A stretch of 64,000 bases of DNA from Candidatus Omnitrophota bacterium (GTDB lineage Bacteria; Omnitrophota; Omnitrophia; Omnitrophales; Aquincolibacteriaceae), in contig VFQY01000001.1 in the NCBI GenBank assembly GCA_018883425.1, positions 432-64,431 of the forward strand, read 5' to 3'. Below the pieces are notes generated by a model. That model was given only the letters and a program-made list of their open reading frames with translations. It was not told where the DNA came from and did not search any database. Position numbers and translations under genes: made by a program. The first letter of the stretch is position 1; every line of letters begins with the position of its first letter. Positions 56,545 through 64,000 of this stretch are shown here, in pieces.

Positions 56545-57227
56545 TTTTCGCTCCTTTTAATCAAATCCGGTCTCTTTTCGCGCGTCAACTTGCGCGCCTG
56601 GCGCTTTCGCCAGTCTTCTACTTCACGATGATTGCCCGAAACAAGAACCTCAGGCACTTTCCAGCCTTTAAAATCTCTCGGACGAGTGTACTGCGGGTAT
56701 TCCAGGTGTCCCGAGTGAAAGCTTTCATGCTTCAAGGATTCACTGTTGCCTAAAACACCGGGCAGCAAGCGCACCACAGCCTCGATCACGCAGACCGCCG
56801 GAGCCTCACCGCCCATGGTGACAAAATCGCCGATGGAAACTTCTTCATCCACCAGATGCTCATGGATTCTGTAATCCAGACCTTCGTAGTGTCCCGCAAT
56901 CAGCACAATCTGTTTTCGGCCCGCAAGTTCCGCGGCCTTCTCCTGCCGAAAGGGCTGACCATGAGGCGAAAGGAGAACTACCCAGCTCTCCTCACCGCAA
57001 ATGTCCTCGAGGCACTCAAAAACCGGTTCGGGTTTAATCACCATACCGGCCCCGCCCCCGAAGGGTTTGTCATCGACGGTCCGATGACGGTCGTGGGTGT
57101 AGTCCCGAAGGTCGTGAACCTTGATTTCAACCTGTTTTTTTTCCTGGGCCCGTTTGAGGATAGACTCGCTCAAAGGACCCTGAAAAAATTTAGGAAACAG
57201 GCTGACCACGTCAATCCGAAGCGCCAC
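56541..57227 (-). CDS. trmD: tRNA (guanine37-N1)-methyltransferase
   Basis: IDVVSLFPKFF, GGGAGMV, IAGHYEGLDYRI, SIGDFVTMGGE. Confidence 0.9.
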   Translation of the reverse strand: MALRIDVVSLFPKFFQGPLSESILKRAQEKKQVEIKVHDLRDYTHDRHRTVDDKPFGGGAGMVIKPEPVFECLEDICGEESWVVLLSPHGQPFRQEKAAELAGRKQIVLIAGHYEGLDYRIHEHLVDEEVSIGDFVTMGGEAPAVCVIEAVVRLLPGVLGNSESLKHESFHSGHLEYPQYTRPRDFKGWKVPEVLVSGNHREVEDWRKRQARKLTREKRPDLIKRSEK

Positions 57228-57242
57228 GTCCGCGCCCGCCCC

Positions 57243-57536
57243 TTACTTCTTCTTTTTTTCGGGAGCTGCTGCTTTCTTGGCTTTCTTCTCGACCCGCTTG
57301 ACCAGGCTCTTCACCGAAGGTGAAACCTGCGCGCCCTTTTCGACCCAGTATTTGAAGCGGTCGGATTTAACGACAATCACTTCATTAGCGGGAAGCGGAT
57401 CATAATGACCGATTTCCTCAATGAAACGGCCGTCGCGGGGCATCTTCGCCTCCGCCACAACAATGCGCCATTGATCGCGGTTCTTTGTTCCAAAACGTTT
57501 AAGTCTGATCTTGACTGCCAAGGTATCCTCCTCCAA
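57243..57536 (-). CDS. rpsP: 30S ribosomal protein S16
   Basis: AVKIRLKRFGTKNRDQWRIVVAEAKMPRDGRFIEEIGHYDP; Lys/Ala-rich C-terminal tail. Confidence 0.85.
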   Translation of the reverse strand: MEEDTLAVKIRLKRFGTKNRDQWRIVVAEAKMPRDGRFIEEIGHYDPLPANEVIVVKSDRFKYWVEKGAQVSPSVKSLVKRVEKKAKKAAAPEKKKK

Positions 57537-57563
57537 TGCCTCTCCGGAAACTCCGGAAAGGGT

Positions 57564-58829
57564 TTACTCCTTCTCCCGGTGAATCGATGCGCCGAGAGAA
57601 GAAAATTTTGTTTCCAGCCGCTCATACCCGCGGTCCAGGTGATAAACGCGGTGGACTTCCGTTGTGCCTTCGGCCACAAGGCCGGCGATCACGAGCGCCG
57701 CGCTGGCGCGCAAGTCGGACGCCATCACCGGAGCCCCGCTGAGCTTTTTCACGCCGTGTATAATGGCCGTCGGCCCCTCGAGAAAAATATTCGCACCCAT
57801 ACGGTTCAGCTCGCTGACGTGCATAAAACGATCCGGATAAATTTTTTCTGTGATCACACTGATGCCCGGCGCCGCGGCCATCAGGGCCATCATCTGAGCC
57901 TGAAGGTCTGTGGGAAAAGCCGGATACGGAAGCGTCGTCACATTGACAGGCTTTAATTTGGCCGTCCCCCGTACTCGGAGAGTTGATTTTCCCTTATCGA
58001 TGCGCACACCCGCCTGGCGCAATTTATCGATGACGACATTCTGATGGGAAGGATCCGCCTTTTTAATCAGAACATCCCCGGCTGTCATGGCCGCAGCAAA
58101 CATGTACGTTCCCGTTTCAATCCGGTCAGGGATGATCGCATGACGGGCTCCGTGCAGTTTTGTGACGCCGGTAATTTCGATGCAGGGTGATCCTATCCCC
58201 TCGATTTTAGCACCCATTTTCTGAAGAAAACGGGCCAAATCGACGATTTCGGGTTCGCAGGCGGCGTTCTCAAGAACCGTTCTTCCCTTGGCCATCGTGG
58301 CCGCCATCATCACGTTCGCCGTCGCAAGAACGGAGGAACCAAAGGCCCCGCCGAGATAAATCTCGGCTCCGCTCAGACGCTTGGCAACACGCGAAGTCAC
58401 GTAGCCGTGCTGAATTTCGTTTTTCGCGCCCAAGGCTTCCAGACCTTTGAGGTGAAGATCAATCGGCCTGGGTCCAATCACGCAGCCGCCCGGAAGAGAG
58501 ACTTCGGCATGTCCGATACGGGCCAGCAGGGGCCCCATCACGCAGACCGATGCCCGCATCGTGCTGACCAGCTTGTAGGGAGCGAGCGGCTGAAGACTGT
58601 TTCCCGGCTTAACCTTGACCGTTCCCTTCTCGAAAACAGCTTTGGCACCCAAGGACCGCAGAAGGCGGATCATCGTATGAATGTCGCGCAGGTCCGGAAC
58701 GTTTTCAATGATAGACTCTCCGTCCGCGAGAAGCGCCGCTGCCATAATCGGAAGAGCCGCGTTTTTCGCGCCGGAAATTTCAACTTCCCCTTTGAGCTTT
58801 CGTCCGCCTGTAATAACGATCTTATCCAT
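57564..58829 (-). CDS. murA: UDP-N-acetylglucosamine 1-carboxyvinyltransferase
   Basis: MDKIVITGGRKLKGEVEISGAKNAALPI; catalytic Cys region LPGGCVIGPRPID. Confidence 0.9.
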   Translation of the reverse strand: MDKIVITGGRKLKGEVEISGAKNAALPIMAAALLADGESIIENVPDLRDIHTMIRLLRSLGAKAVFEKGTVKVKPGNSLQPLAPYKLVSTMRASVCVMGPLLARIGHAEVSLPGGCVIGPRPIDLHLKGLEALGAKNEIQHGYVTSRVAKRLSGAEIYLGGAFGSSVLATANVMMAATMAKGRTVLENAACEPEIVDLARFLQKMGAKIEGIGSPCIEITGVTKLHGARHAIIPDRIETGTYMFAAAMTAGDVLIKKADPSHQNVVIDKLRQAGVRIDKGKSTLRVRGTAKLKPVNVTTLPYPAFPTDLQAQMMALMAAAPGISVITEKIYPDRFMHVSELNRMGANIFLEGPTAIIHGVKKLSGAPVMASDLRASAALVIAGLVAEGTTEVHRVYHLDRGYERLETKFSSLGASIHREKE

Positions 58830-59682
58830 GAGATCCCGCGCGGGCCATCACGACCCTTTCAACGTTGATGTCGTCTTTAAAAATTTTGATATCGGTGAAG
58901 TTTTTCCGGACTAAAAGATCCCGCACCTCGGGCGCTTGACCCCGTCCGACTTCTAAAAAAAAGGGCGCTGAAGGATACAGCCTTTCAGAGACCGATTCAG
59001 CGATGTTCCGGTAAAAAAAAAGTCCGTCTTGACCGCCATCAAGAGCTTCGCGGGGTTCCTGAAGAACTTCCGCATCCGCTTCAGCCCAATCGCTTTCTTT
59101 AAAATACGGCGGATTGGATACAAGAGCGTCCCAACGGTCTTTGCCGCAAGCCCCGAAAAGATCGGTTTTCACAAGACGGCATCTTTCACCGAGAGCATAC
59201 TTCTCGACATTCTTCGCCGCCAGCTCAAGCGCTTTTTCCGAACAATCGAGAAAAACACAGCGGGCTTTTTCGAAATGTCTCAGCAGAGCGATCCCAATCG
59301 CGCCGCTTCCGGCTCCAAGATCCGCGAAGGTAAATGCACTGGTTTGGGAAAACCCCGAAGCATCGACAAACGCCTTCACGAGCGTTTCGGTCTCAGGCCG
59401 GGGCACCAAACAACCCGGCCCTACAATCAGCGTTTCGTTCCAGAAGTAAGCGGTCCCTGTCAAATAAGCGGTAGGTATCCGTTGCTTGCGGCCGGCGATC
59501 CAGGTCCGATAATGCCGGGATTCTTTTTCCGGCACTTCCCGACGGGCCTCTAAATATAAAGAGGTTCTGGAAAGACTCAGAACCTCCGATAAAAGAACTC
59601 GTGCGCTCGCTTCAGCTTCTTCGGCGCCCAGATCCGCAAGTTCTTTGCGGCCCCACTCTAACAGCTCACGAACGGTCGTCAT
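58822..59682 (-). CDS. prmC: Release factor glutamine N5-methyltransferase PrmC/HemK
   Basis: DLGAGSGAIGIAL and VSNPPY motifs. Confidence 0.85.
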   Translation of the reverse strand: MTTVRELLEWGRKELADLGAEEAEASARVLLSEVLSLSRTSLYLEARREVPEKESRHYRTWIAGRKQRIPTAYLTGTAYFWNETLIVGPGCLVPRPETETLVKAFVDASGFSQTSAFTFADLGAGSGAIGIALLRHFEKARCVFLDCSEKALELAAKNVEKYALGERCRLVKTDLFGACGKDRWDALVSNPPYFKESDWAEADAEVLQEPREALDGGQDGLFFYRNIAESVSERLYPSAPFFLEVGRGQAPEVRDLLVRKNFTDIKIFKDDINVERVVMARAGSHG

Positions 59683-59729
59683 TCAAGCACATGGGATGCG
59701 GCGCTTTGCAAAAACGCTCTTCGCCTTTT

Positions 59730-60809
59730 TCAGGCCGCGCTCATCAGTTTGCGGTTGCGCTCGTCCCTCTCCAAAGCTCCGACCATTTCGTCCAAATGGC
59801 CGTTTAAAATATCATTCAGACTATGCAAAGTCAAACCGATTCGATGATCCGTAACCCTCTGATCCGGGTAATTGTAGGTTCGGATCTTGCCCGAACGGTC
59901 CCCGCTTCCGATCTGAGCTTTGCGTTCACGGGACTGCTCAAGCTGACGGCGCTCCTGCTCGGCTTCATAAAGCCGGGCTCTTAAGACGCGCATGGCGCGG
60001 GCCTTATTCTTGTGCTGGGAGCGCTCGTCCTGGCATTGAACAATGACGCCGCTAGGCAAGTGGGTGATTCGGACGGCCGACTCCGTCTTGTTGACGTGCT
60101 GACCCCCTGCACCCGAAGCCCGGTAAACGTCGATTTTGAGGTCCGCCGGGTCGATGTTAATTTCCGTTTCATCCGCCTCAGCCATAATCGCTACCGTGAC
60201 GGCCGAGGTGTGAACCCGTCCGCTGGCCTCTGTCGCAGGCACCCTTTGAACGCGGTGGATCCCGCTTTCGTATTTGAATTTAGCGTAAGCTCCCGAGCCG
60301 CTGACGGCAAAAATAACTTCCTTGAAGCCGCCGATCCCCGTCGGGTTGGAATCCATGACTTCAAGCCTCAGCCCAAGAGAGGAAGCATAGCGGGAATACA
60401 TCCTGAAAAGATCCGCAACAAAAAGCGCAGCTTCCTCTCCGCCCGTTCCGGCCCGAATTTCAGCGATCACATCTCGGCCGGAGCGCGGATCATCATCGCG
60501 GATCAGCATAGTCTCGATCTGCTCGAGAAGCGCGTCTTTTTTTTGTTTCAGCGACTTTTCTTCCTCGCGGTACAGATCGCGCATTTCCGCATCAAGCTTT
60601 TTGGAATTCAGCTCTTCGGACAGAGCGGCAAGTTCCTCTTCGGCTCTGCGGTATTCCGCGTAAGCGCCGACCAAGGGGCGGATTTCCGCCATTTCCTTGG
60701 TCAGCTTTTGGTACTTCGCCTGGTCCTTGACGACTTCCGGCTGGCTGATTTCATGTTCGATCTGAGCCAGCCTTTTTTCGGTTTTCTGAAGCTTGTCTGC
60801 GTAAATCAC
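59730..60809 (-). CDS. prfA: Peptide chain release factor 1
   Basis: [21 protein letters not shown] (GGQ motif); PxT-region RF1 features. Confidence 0.9.
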   Translation of the reverse strand: MIYADKLQKTEKRLAQIEHEISQPEVVKDQAKYQKLTKEMAEIRPLVGAYAEYRRAEEELAALSEELNSKKLDAEMRDLYREEEKSLKQKKDALLEQIETMLIRDDDPRSGRDVIAEIRAGTGGEEAALFVADLFRMYSRYASSLGLRLEVMDSNPTGIGGFKEVIFAVSGSGAYAKFKYESGIHRVQRVPATEASGRVHTSAVTVAIMAEADETEINIDPADLKIDVYRASGAGGQHVNKTESAVRITHLPSGVIVQCQDERSQHKNKARAMRVLRARLYEAEQERRQLEQSRERKAQIGSGDRSGKIRTYNYPDQRVTDHRIGLTLHSLNDILNGHLDEMVGALERDERNRKLMSAA

Positions 60810-60830
60810 GTCTGGGCTGAAATCGTCGGC

Positions 60831-61178
60831 TTATTCAGCCTTCGGGGCTTCCGCGCCAGGCTTCTGCTGAGCAGCCTGCTTGAGCTTGTCCTTGATAGAC
60901 AGCTTGGAAGAAGAAGCCTGGGCCGCGGGGCGAACCGCAGCGGGGGCAATTTTCTTCACGGGAGCAGCGGCAATTTTGTTGCCGAACTTTTTCTTCAGAC
61001 GGTCAATGCGGCCGGCCGTATCCATCAGCTTCTGCTTGCCGGTGAAAAACGGGTGGCACGCTGAACACACGTCCGTCTGAATTACGTTGTCCTTGGCGGC
61101 GCTGCGCGTCTCGAACGAACTGCCGCAAGCGCACTGAACGGTAACGGTTTGGTACTGGGGATGAATATCTTGTTTCAT
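60831..61178 (-). CDS. rpmE: 50S ribosomal protein L31 (type A, Zn-ribbon) with about 45-aa Ala/Lys/Pro-rich C-terminal extension
   Basis: MKQDIHPQY...CACGSSF...[13 protein letters not shown] followed by [26 protein letters not shown]... Confidence 0.8.
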   Translation of the reverse strand: MKQDIHPQYQTVTVQCACGSSFETRSAAKDNVIQTDVCSACHPFFTGKQKLMDTAGRIDRLKKKFGNKIAAAPVKKIAPAAVRPAAQASSSKLSIKDKLKQAAQQKPGAEAPKAE

Positions 61179-61179
61179 T

Positions 61180-62568
61180 TTATTTCTCCGCTTTATTCAT
61201 GCTGATAAGAAACTCAGCATTGGTTTTCGTTTTCTTAAGCCGATCCGTGAGTAGTTCCATGGCCTCGGCAGGGTTTAATTCGTTGAGAACCTTTCGAAGC
61301 ATCCAGACGCGGCTAAGCTCATCGGGGTGCATGATCAGATCCTCTTTACGAGTATTGGATTTCTTCACATCAATAGCCGGGTAAATGCGCTTCTGGAACA
61401 GGTTGCGGTCCAGCTGCAGTTCCATGTTGCCCGTGCCCTTGAATTCTTCAAAAATGACTTCGTCCATACGCGAGCCTGTATCGACAAGCGCCGTTGCAAT
61501 GATCGTCAGACTGCCGCCTTCCTCGATATTGCGGGCCGCTCCGAAAAACCGCTTCGGGCGATGGAGAGCGTTGGAGTCCACACCGCCGGACAAAATCTTA
61601 CCGGAATGCGGAACCACCGTGTTGTAGGCGCGCGCCAGACGCGTGATGCTGTCCAGCAGAATGATAACATCGCGCCGGTGCTCCACAAGACGCTTCGCCT
61701 TTTCGAGAACGATTTCCGCGACTTGCACATGACGCTCAGCAGGCTCGTCAAAAGTCGACGAGACGACTTCCCCGCACACCGAACGCTGCATGTCGGTCAC
61801 TTCTTCCGGACGTTCGTCAATGAGAAGCACGATGAGGTACGCTTCCGGAAAATTGGTCGTGATCGCGTTGGCGATCTTCTGCAGCAGGATCGTTTTACCG
61901 CTGTACGGCGGGGCGACGATGAGTCCGCGCTGACCGAAACCGATCGGCGTTAAGAGATCCATGACGCGCATGGAAACCTCTTCGGTATTCGTCTCCATGA
62001 AAAGCCTTTTGAGCGGGTAGAGCGGCGTCAGGTTATCAAAGGGAATCTTGTCCTTGATAGACTCCGGATCTTCGAAATTGACCACTTCGACTTTGAGAAG
62101 CGCAAAGTACCGCTCACCCTCTTTAGGCGGCCGGATTTGACCGCTCACGCAGTCGCCGGTGCGCAAATTGAAGCGGCGGATCTGGCTCGGGCTGACGTAA
62201 ATGTCGTCGGGTGAAGGTAGGTAGTTGTAATTGGGAGAACGCAGGAAACCGAACCCGTCTTCCAGGATCTCCAGAACACCTTCCCCGTACATGAGACCCG
62301 ACTGCTCAGCCTGGCCCTGCAGAATCTTGAAAATCAGATCCTGTTTTTTCATGCCGGTCGTGGGACCGATATTAAATTTTTTACCAAGTTCGTGGAGATC
62401 GCCCATCTTCATTTCCTTGAGCGTCGCCACGTCCATGACTTTTTCACCGGCAGCATTCACGGTTTCCGGTTCGTTCTCCCTTTCATGGTCGCCCGCGGGG
62501 GCACCTTGTCCGGGTCTTTTGGGCGGGAAATTAGTCCGTCTCGGGTGGTGGGTTCTTTCTTTAGGCAT
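61180..62568 (-). CDS. rho: Transcription termination factor Rho (with about 45-aa basic/Pro-rich N-terminal extension)
   Basis: Walker [11 protein letters not shown]; Q- and R-loops; OB-fold NTD FGFLRS. Confidence 0.9.
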   Translation of the reverse strand: MPKERTHHPRRTNFPPKRPGQGAPAGDHERENEPETVNAAGEKVMDVATLKEMKMGDLHELGKKFNIGPTTGMKKQDLIFKILQGQAEQSGLMYGEGVLEILEDGFGFLRSPNYNYLPSPDDIYVSPSQIRRFNLRTGDCVSGQIRPPKEGERYFALLKVEVVNFEDPESIKDKIPFDNLTPLYPLKRLFMETNTEEVSMRVMDLLTPIGFGQRGLIVAPPYSGKTILLQKIANAITTNFPEAYLIVLLIDERPEEVTDMQRSVCGEVVSSTFDEPAERHVQVAEIVLEKAKRLVEHRRDVIILLDSITRLARAYNTVVPHSGKILSGGVDSNALHRPKRFFGAARNIEEGGSLTIIATALVDTGSRMDEVIFEEFKGTGNMELQLDRNLFQKRIYPAIDVKKSNTRKEDLIMHPDELSRVWMLRKVLNELNPAEAMELLTDRLKKTKTNAEFLISMNKAEK

Positions 62569-63196
62569 AATGCGATACGTCTCCTTTCGAGGCGTTGTTG
62601 AGGGTCTTCCAGATTTTTTCCACTTGTTTGCGTACTCCTTCTAAATCTCCGCTGTTGTCGATCACATAAGCGGCTCGTTTGAGTTTTTCCTCCGGGGACA
62701 TCTGCGCCTTCTGACGGCGGCGGATTTCTTCGGGACCGAAACCTCGTTCAGCCAGGCGCTTCTCAATAATATCCTGAGGCGCTTGGACAACCACGCAGAC
62801 ATCGCAGCTGCGGTCAAAGCCCGTTTCAAAAAGAAGCGGGATTTCCAGCACAATCACGCGCGCGTCTGCCTCCGCAATTTCCGCAGCGAGCCGCTGAAAC
62901 ACATACGGATGAATGATGCTTTCCAATTCCTTCCGGGCTTCGCCGTCGCTGAAAACACACGCGGCCAGCTTCACTCGGTCCATCCCCCCCGTCCCTAGCG
63001 CTTCAGGGAAACGCTTCGTGAGGGCGGGGTAAACCGCACTGCCTTCCAGAAGAGCCTCGTGGGCTATCCGGTCCGCATCAAGAACCTCCGCACCCAGAGG
63101 TTCAAAGAACCTCGCGGCAGTACTTTTGCCCGAACCGAAGGTTCCCGTCAGACCGACCAGAGTTCGTCCGGCTTTTGTTTTTAGTTCTTGTACCAT
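62561..63196 (-). CDS. coaE: Dephospho-CoA kinase
   Basis: [13 protein letters not shown]-loop; IHPYV. Confidence 0.85.
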   Translation of the reverse strand: MVQELKTKAGRTLVGLTGTFGSGKSTAARFFEPLGAEVLDADRIAHEALLEGSAVYPALTKRFPEALGTGGMDRVKLAACVFSDGEARKELESIIHPYVFQRLAAEIAEADARVIVLEIPLLFETGFDRSCDVCVVVQAPQDIIEKRLAERGFGPEEIRRRQKAQMSPEEKLKRAAYVIDNSGDLEGVRKQVEKIWKTLNNASKGDVSHYA

Positions 63197-64000
63197 GAGT
63201 CCCCAATAAAGAAATCCGCGCGAAGCGGCACGCGGAGCTCGTAAGCTTTTTCCATGCCCTCGCGGACCATCCCCTCGAGTGCTTTCATTTCATCTTCGGG
63301 TCCGTCGAAAACCAGCTCGTCATGAACCTGCATGATCATTCGGGATTCGAGCCCGCGCTTGACGAGCTCGCCCTCGATGCGGATCATCGCGAGCTTGATC
63401 AGATCAGCCGCCGAACCTTGAATCGGCGCATTGATCGCCGCCCGTTCTGCAAATTGCCGGAGCGGCACGTTTTTGGAATTGATATCAGGAAAATAAGCTC
63501 GTCTTCCGAGAAGTGTCGTCAGGAATCCTTGTTCGCGGGCTCTTTCCTTCTGCGATTCGAGATAGGCGCGGATACCGCTGTAACGGTCAAAATAATTCCG
63601 GATAAATTGATCGGCCTCTCCGACAGGAATATGAAGATCCTGAGACAGACCAAACGCTGTCTTCCCGTAAATAATACTGAAATTGATCGTCTTGGCGACA
63701 CCGCGCATTTCGCGCGTCACCTCTTTTTCACTCACGCCGTAGAGCAGCGTTGCCGTGAATGTGTGAATGTCGCGCTCCTCACGGAACGCCTTGAGCAGCT
63801 GCTCGTCGGATGAAAAATGCGCCAGAATTCTCAGCTCAATCTGAGAATAGTCTGCCGACAGAATCCGGCCTCTTCCCGAAGTTCTAGGCCGCGCAACAAA
63901 AGCCTTGCGTACCAGCCTCCCGGCCTGAGTTTTGATCGGAATATTCTGAAGATTCGGATCCGAGCTGGAAAGACGCCCCGTGACCGTTGTCGTCTGGTGA
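63181..64000 (-). CDS. polA: DNA polymerase I, C-terminal polymerase domain (partial; N-terminus beyond window end)
   Basis: KTINFSIIYGKTAFGL (motif B) and QVHDELVF (motif C). Reading frame stays open to the window edge. Confidence 0.85.
   Translation of the reverse strand, partial: HQTTTVTGRLSSSDPNLQNIPIKTQAGRLVRKAFVARPRTSGRGRILSADYSQIELRILAHFSSDEQLLKAFREERDIHTFTATLLYGVSEKEVTREMRGVAKTINFSIIYGKTAFGLSQDLHIPVGEADQFIRNYFDRYSGIRAYLESQKERAREQGFLTTLLGRRAYFPDINSKNVPLRQFAERAAINAPIQGSAADLIKLAMIRIEGELVKRGLESRMIMQVHDELVFDGPEDEMKALEGMVREGMEKAYELRVPLRADFFIGDSWYKN

Noticed and set aside
60012-61064. 350-aa plus-strand ORF
   Set aside because: Antisense to prfA and rpmE, low-complexity Arg/Leu-rich. A spurious open frame in GC-rich DNA.
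1-64000. tRNA, rRNA or small RNA genes
   Set aside because: All intergenic gaps over 100 bp were read by eye for tRNA-like cloverleaf features, conserved GTTC/TPsiC-loop motifs or rRNA signatures and none was found. Cannot be excluded without tRNAscan/Rfam.

Overview
GC-rich bacterial chromosomal segment, apparently Gram-negative and flagellated, with about 75 densely packed genes. Gene identities below come from reading the supplied ORF translations against remembered family motifs; no database search or composition statistics were run, so all calls are my own pattern recognition.

Left end: a TCA-cycle cluster (acnA partial, mdh, NAD-type icd), then suhB, an alpha/beta hydrolase, mutY and a ygfZ-like gene.

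Centre (about 8.4-30.7 kb): a roughly 22-kb glycan-assembly locus, entirely on the minus strand. Its genes are tightly abutted, with repeated ATGA stop/start overlaps. It encodes:
- a PglC-like phosphoglycosyltransferase fused to a PglF/WbpM-like UDP-sugar 4,6-dehydratase;
- two DegT-family aminotransferases, WecB, five GT4 and one GT2 glycosyltransferases, and a hexapeptide acetyltransferase;
- a CapK/PaaK-like adenylate-forming enzyme with a GNAT, and a TylF-type sugar O-methyltransferase;
- an NAD-dependent epimerase;
- a Wzy_C/O-antigen-ligase-family membrane protein, and an MsbA/PglK-type ABC exporter. No Wzx or Wzz is present.
Two paralogous small HTH (excisionase-family, HTH_17) genes each head a sub-operon. 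Both sit behind AT-rich promoters that share inverted repeats and a 12-nt motif. A secreted Pro/Val-rich repeat protein is embedded between them. This resembles a Wzk/PglK-type oligosaccharide pathway, for O-antigen or protein O-glycosylation, with unusual architecture. It is my best candidate for an undescribed system.

Right part: housekeeping genes.
- pyrE, a trmJ-like gene, a GDPD, rsmB and hflX.
- A frameshifted SUI1/yciH.
- A KTSC protein, three hypothetical membrane/coiled-coil proteins, a ROK kinase, queH and pepA.
- A HAMP membrane protein with a glucoamylase-like hydrolase.
- flgM and fliA, then a MerR regulator, a TPR lipoprotein, accA, a LysM L,D-transpeptidase, a PAP2 protein and comM.
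- A JAB/MPN protein next to a large secreted protein and a beta-barrel outer-membrane protein.
- yraN, rnhB, rplS, trmD, rpsP (no rimM), murA, prmC, prfA, rpmE (extended), rho, coaE and polA (partial).

I found no rRNA or tRNA genes, no CRISPR array and no transposase or integrase by reading the sequence. Coordinates for hand-located motifs may be off by 1-2 nt.
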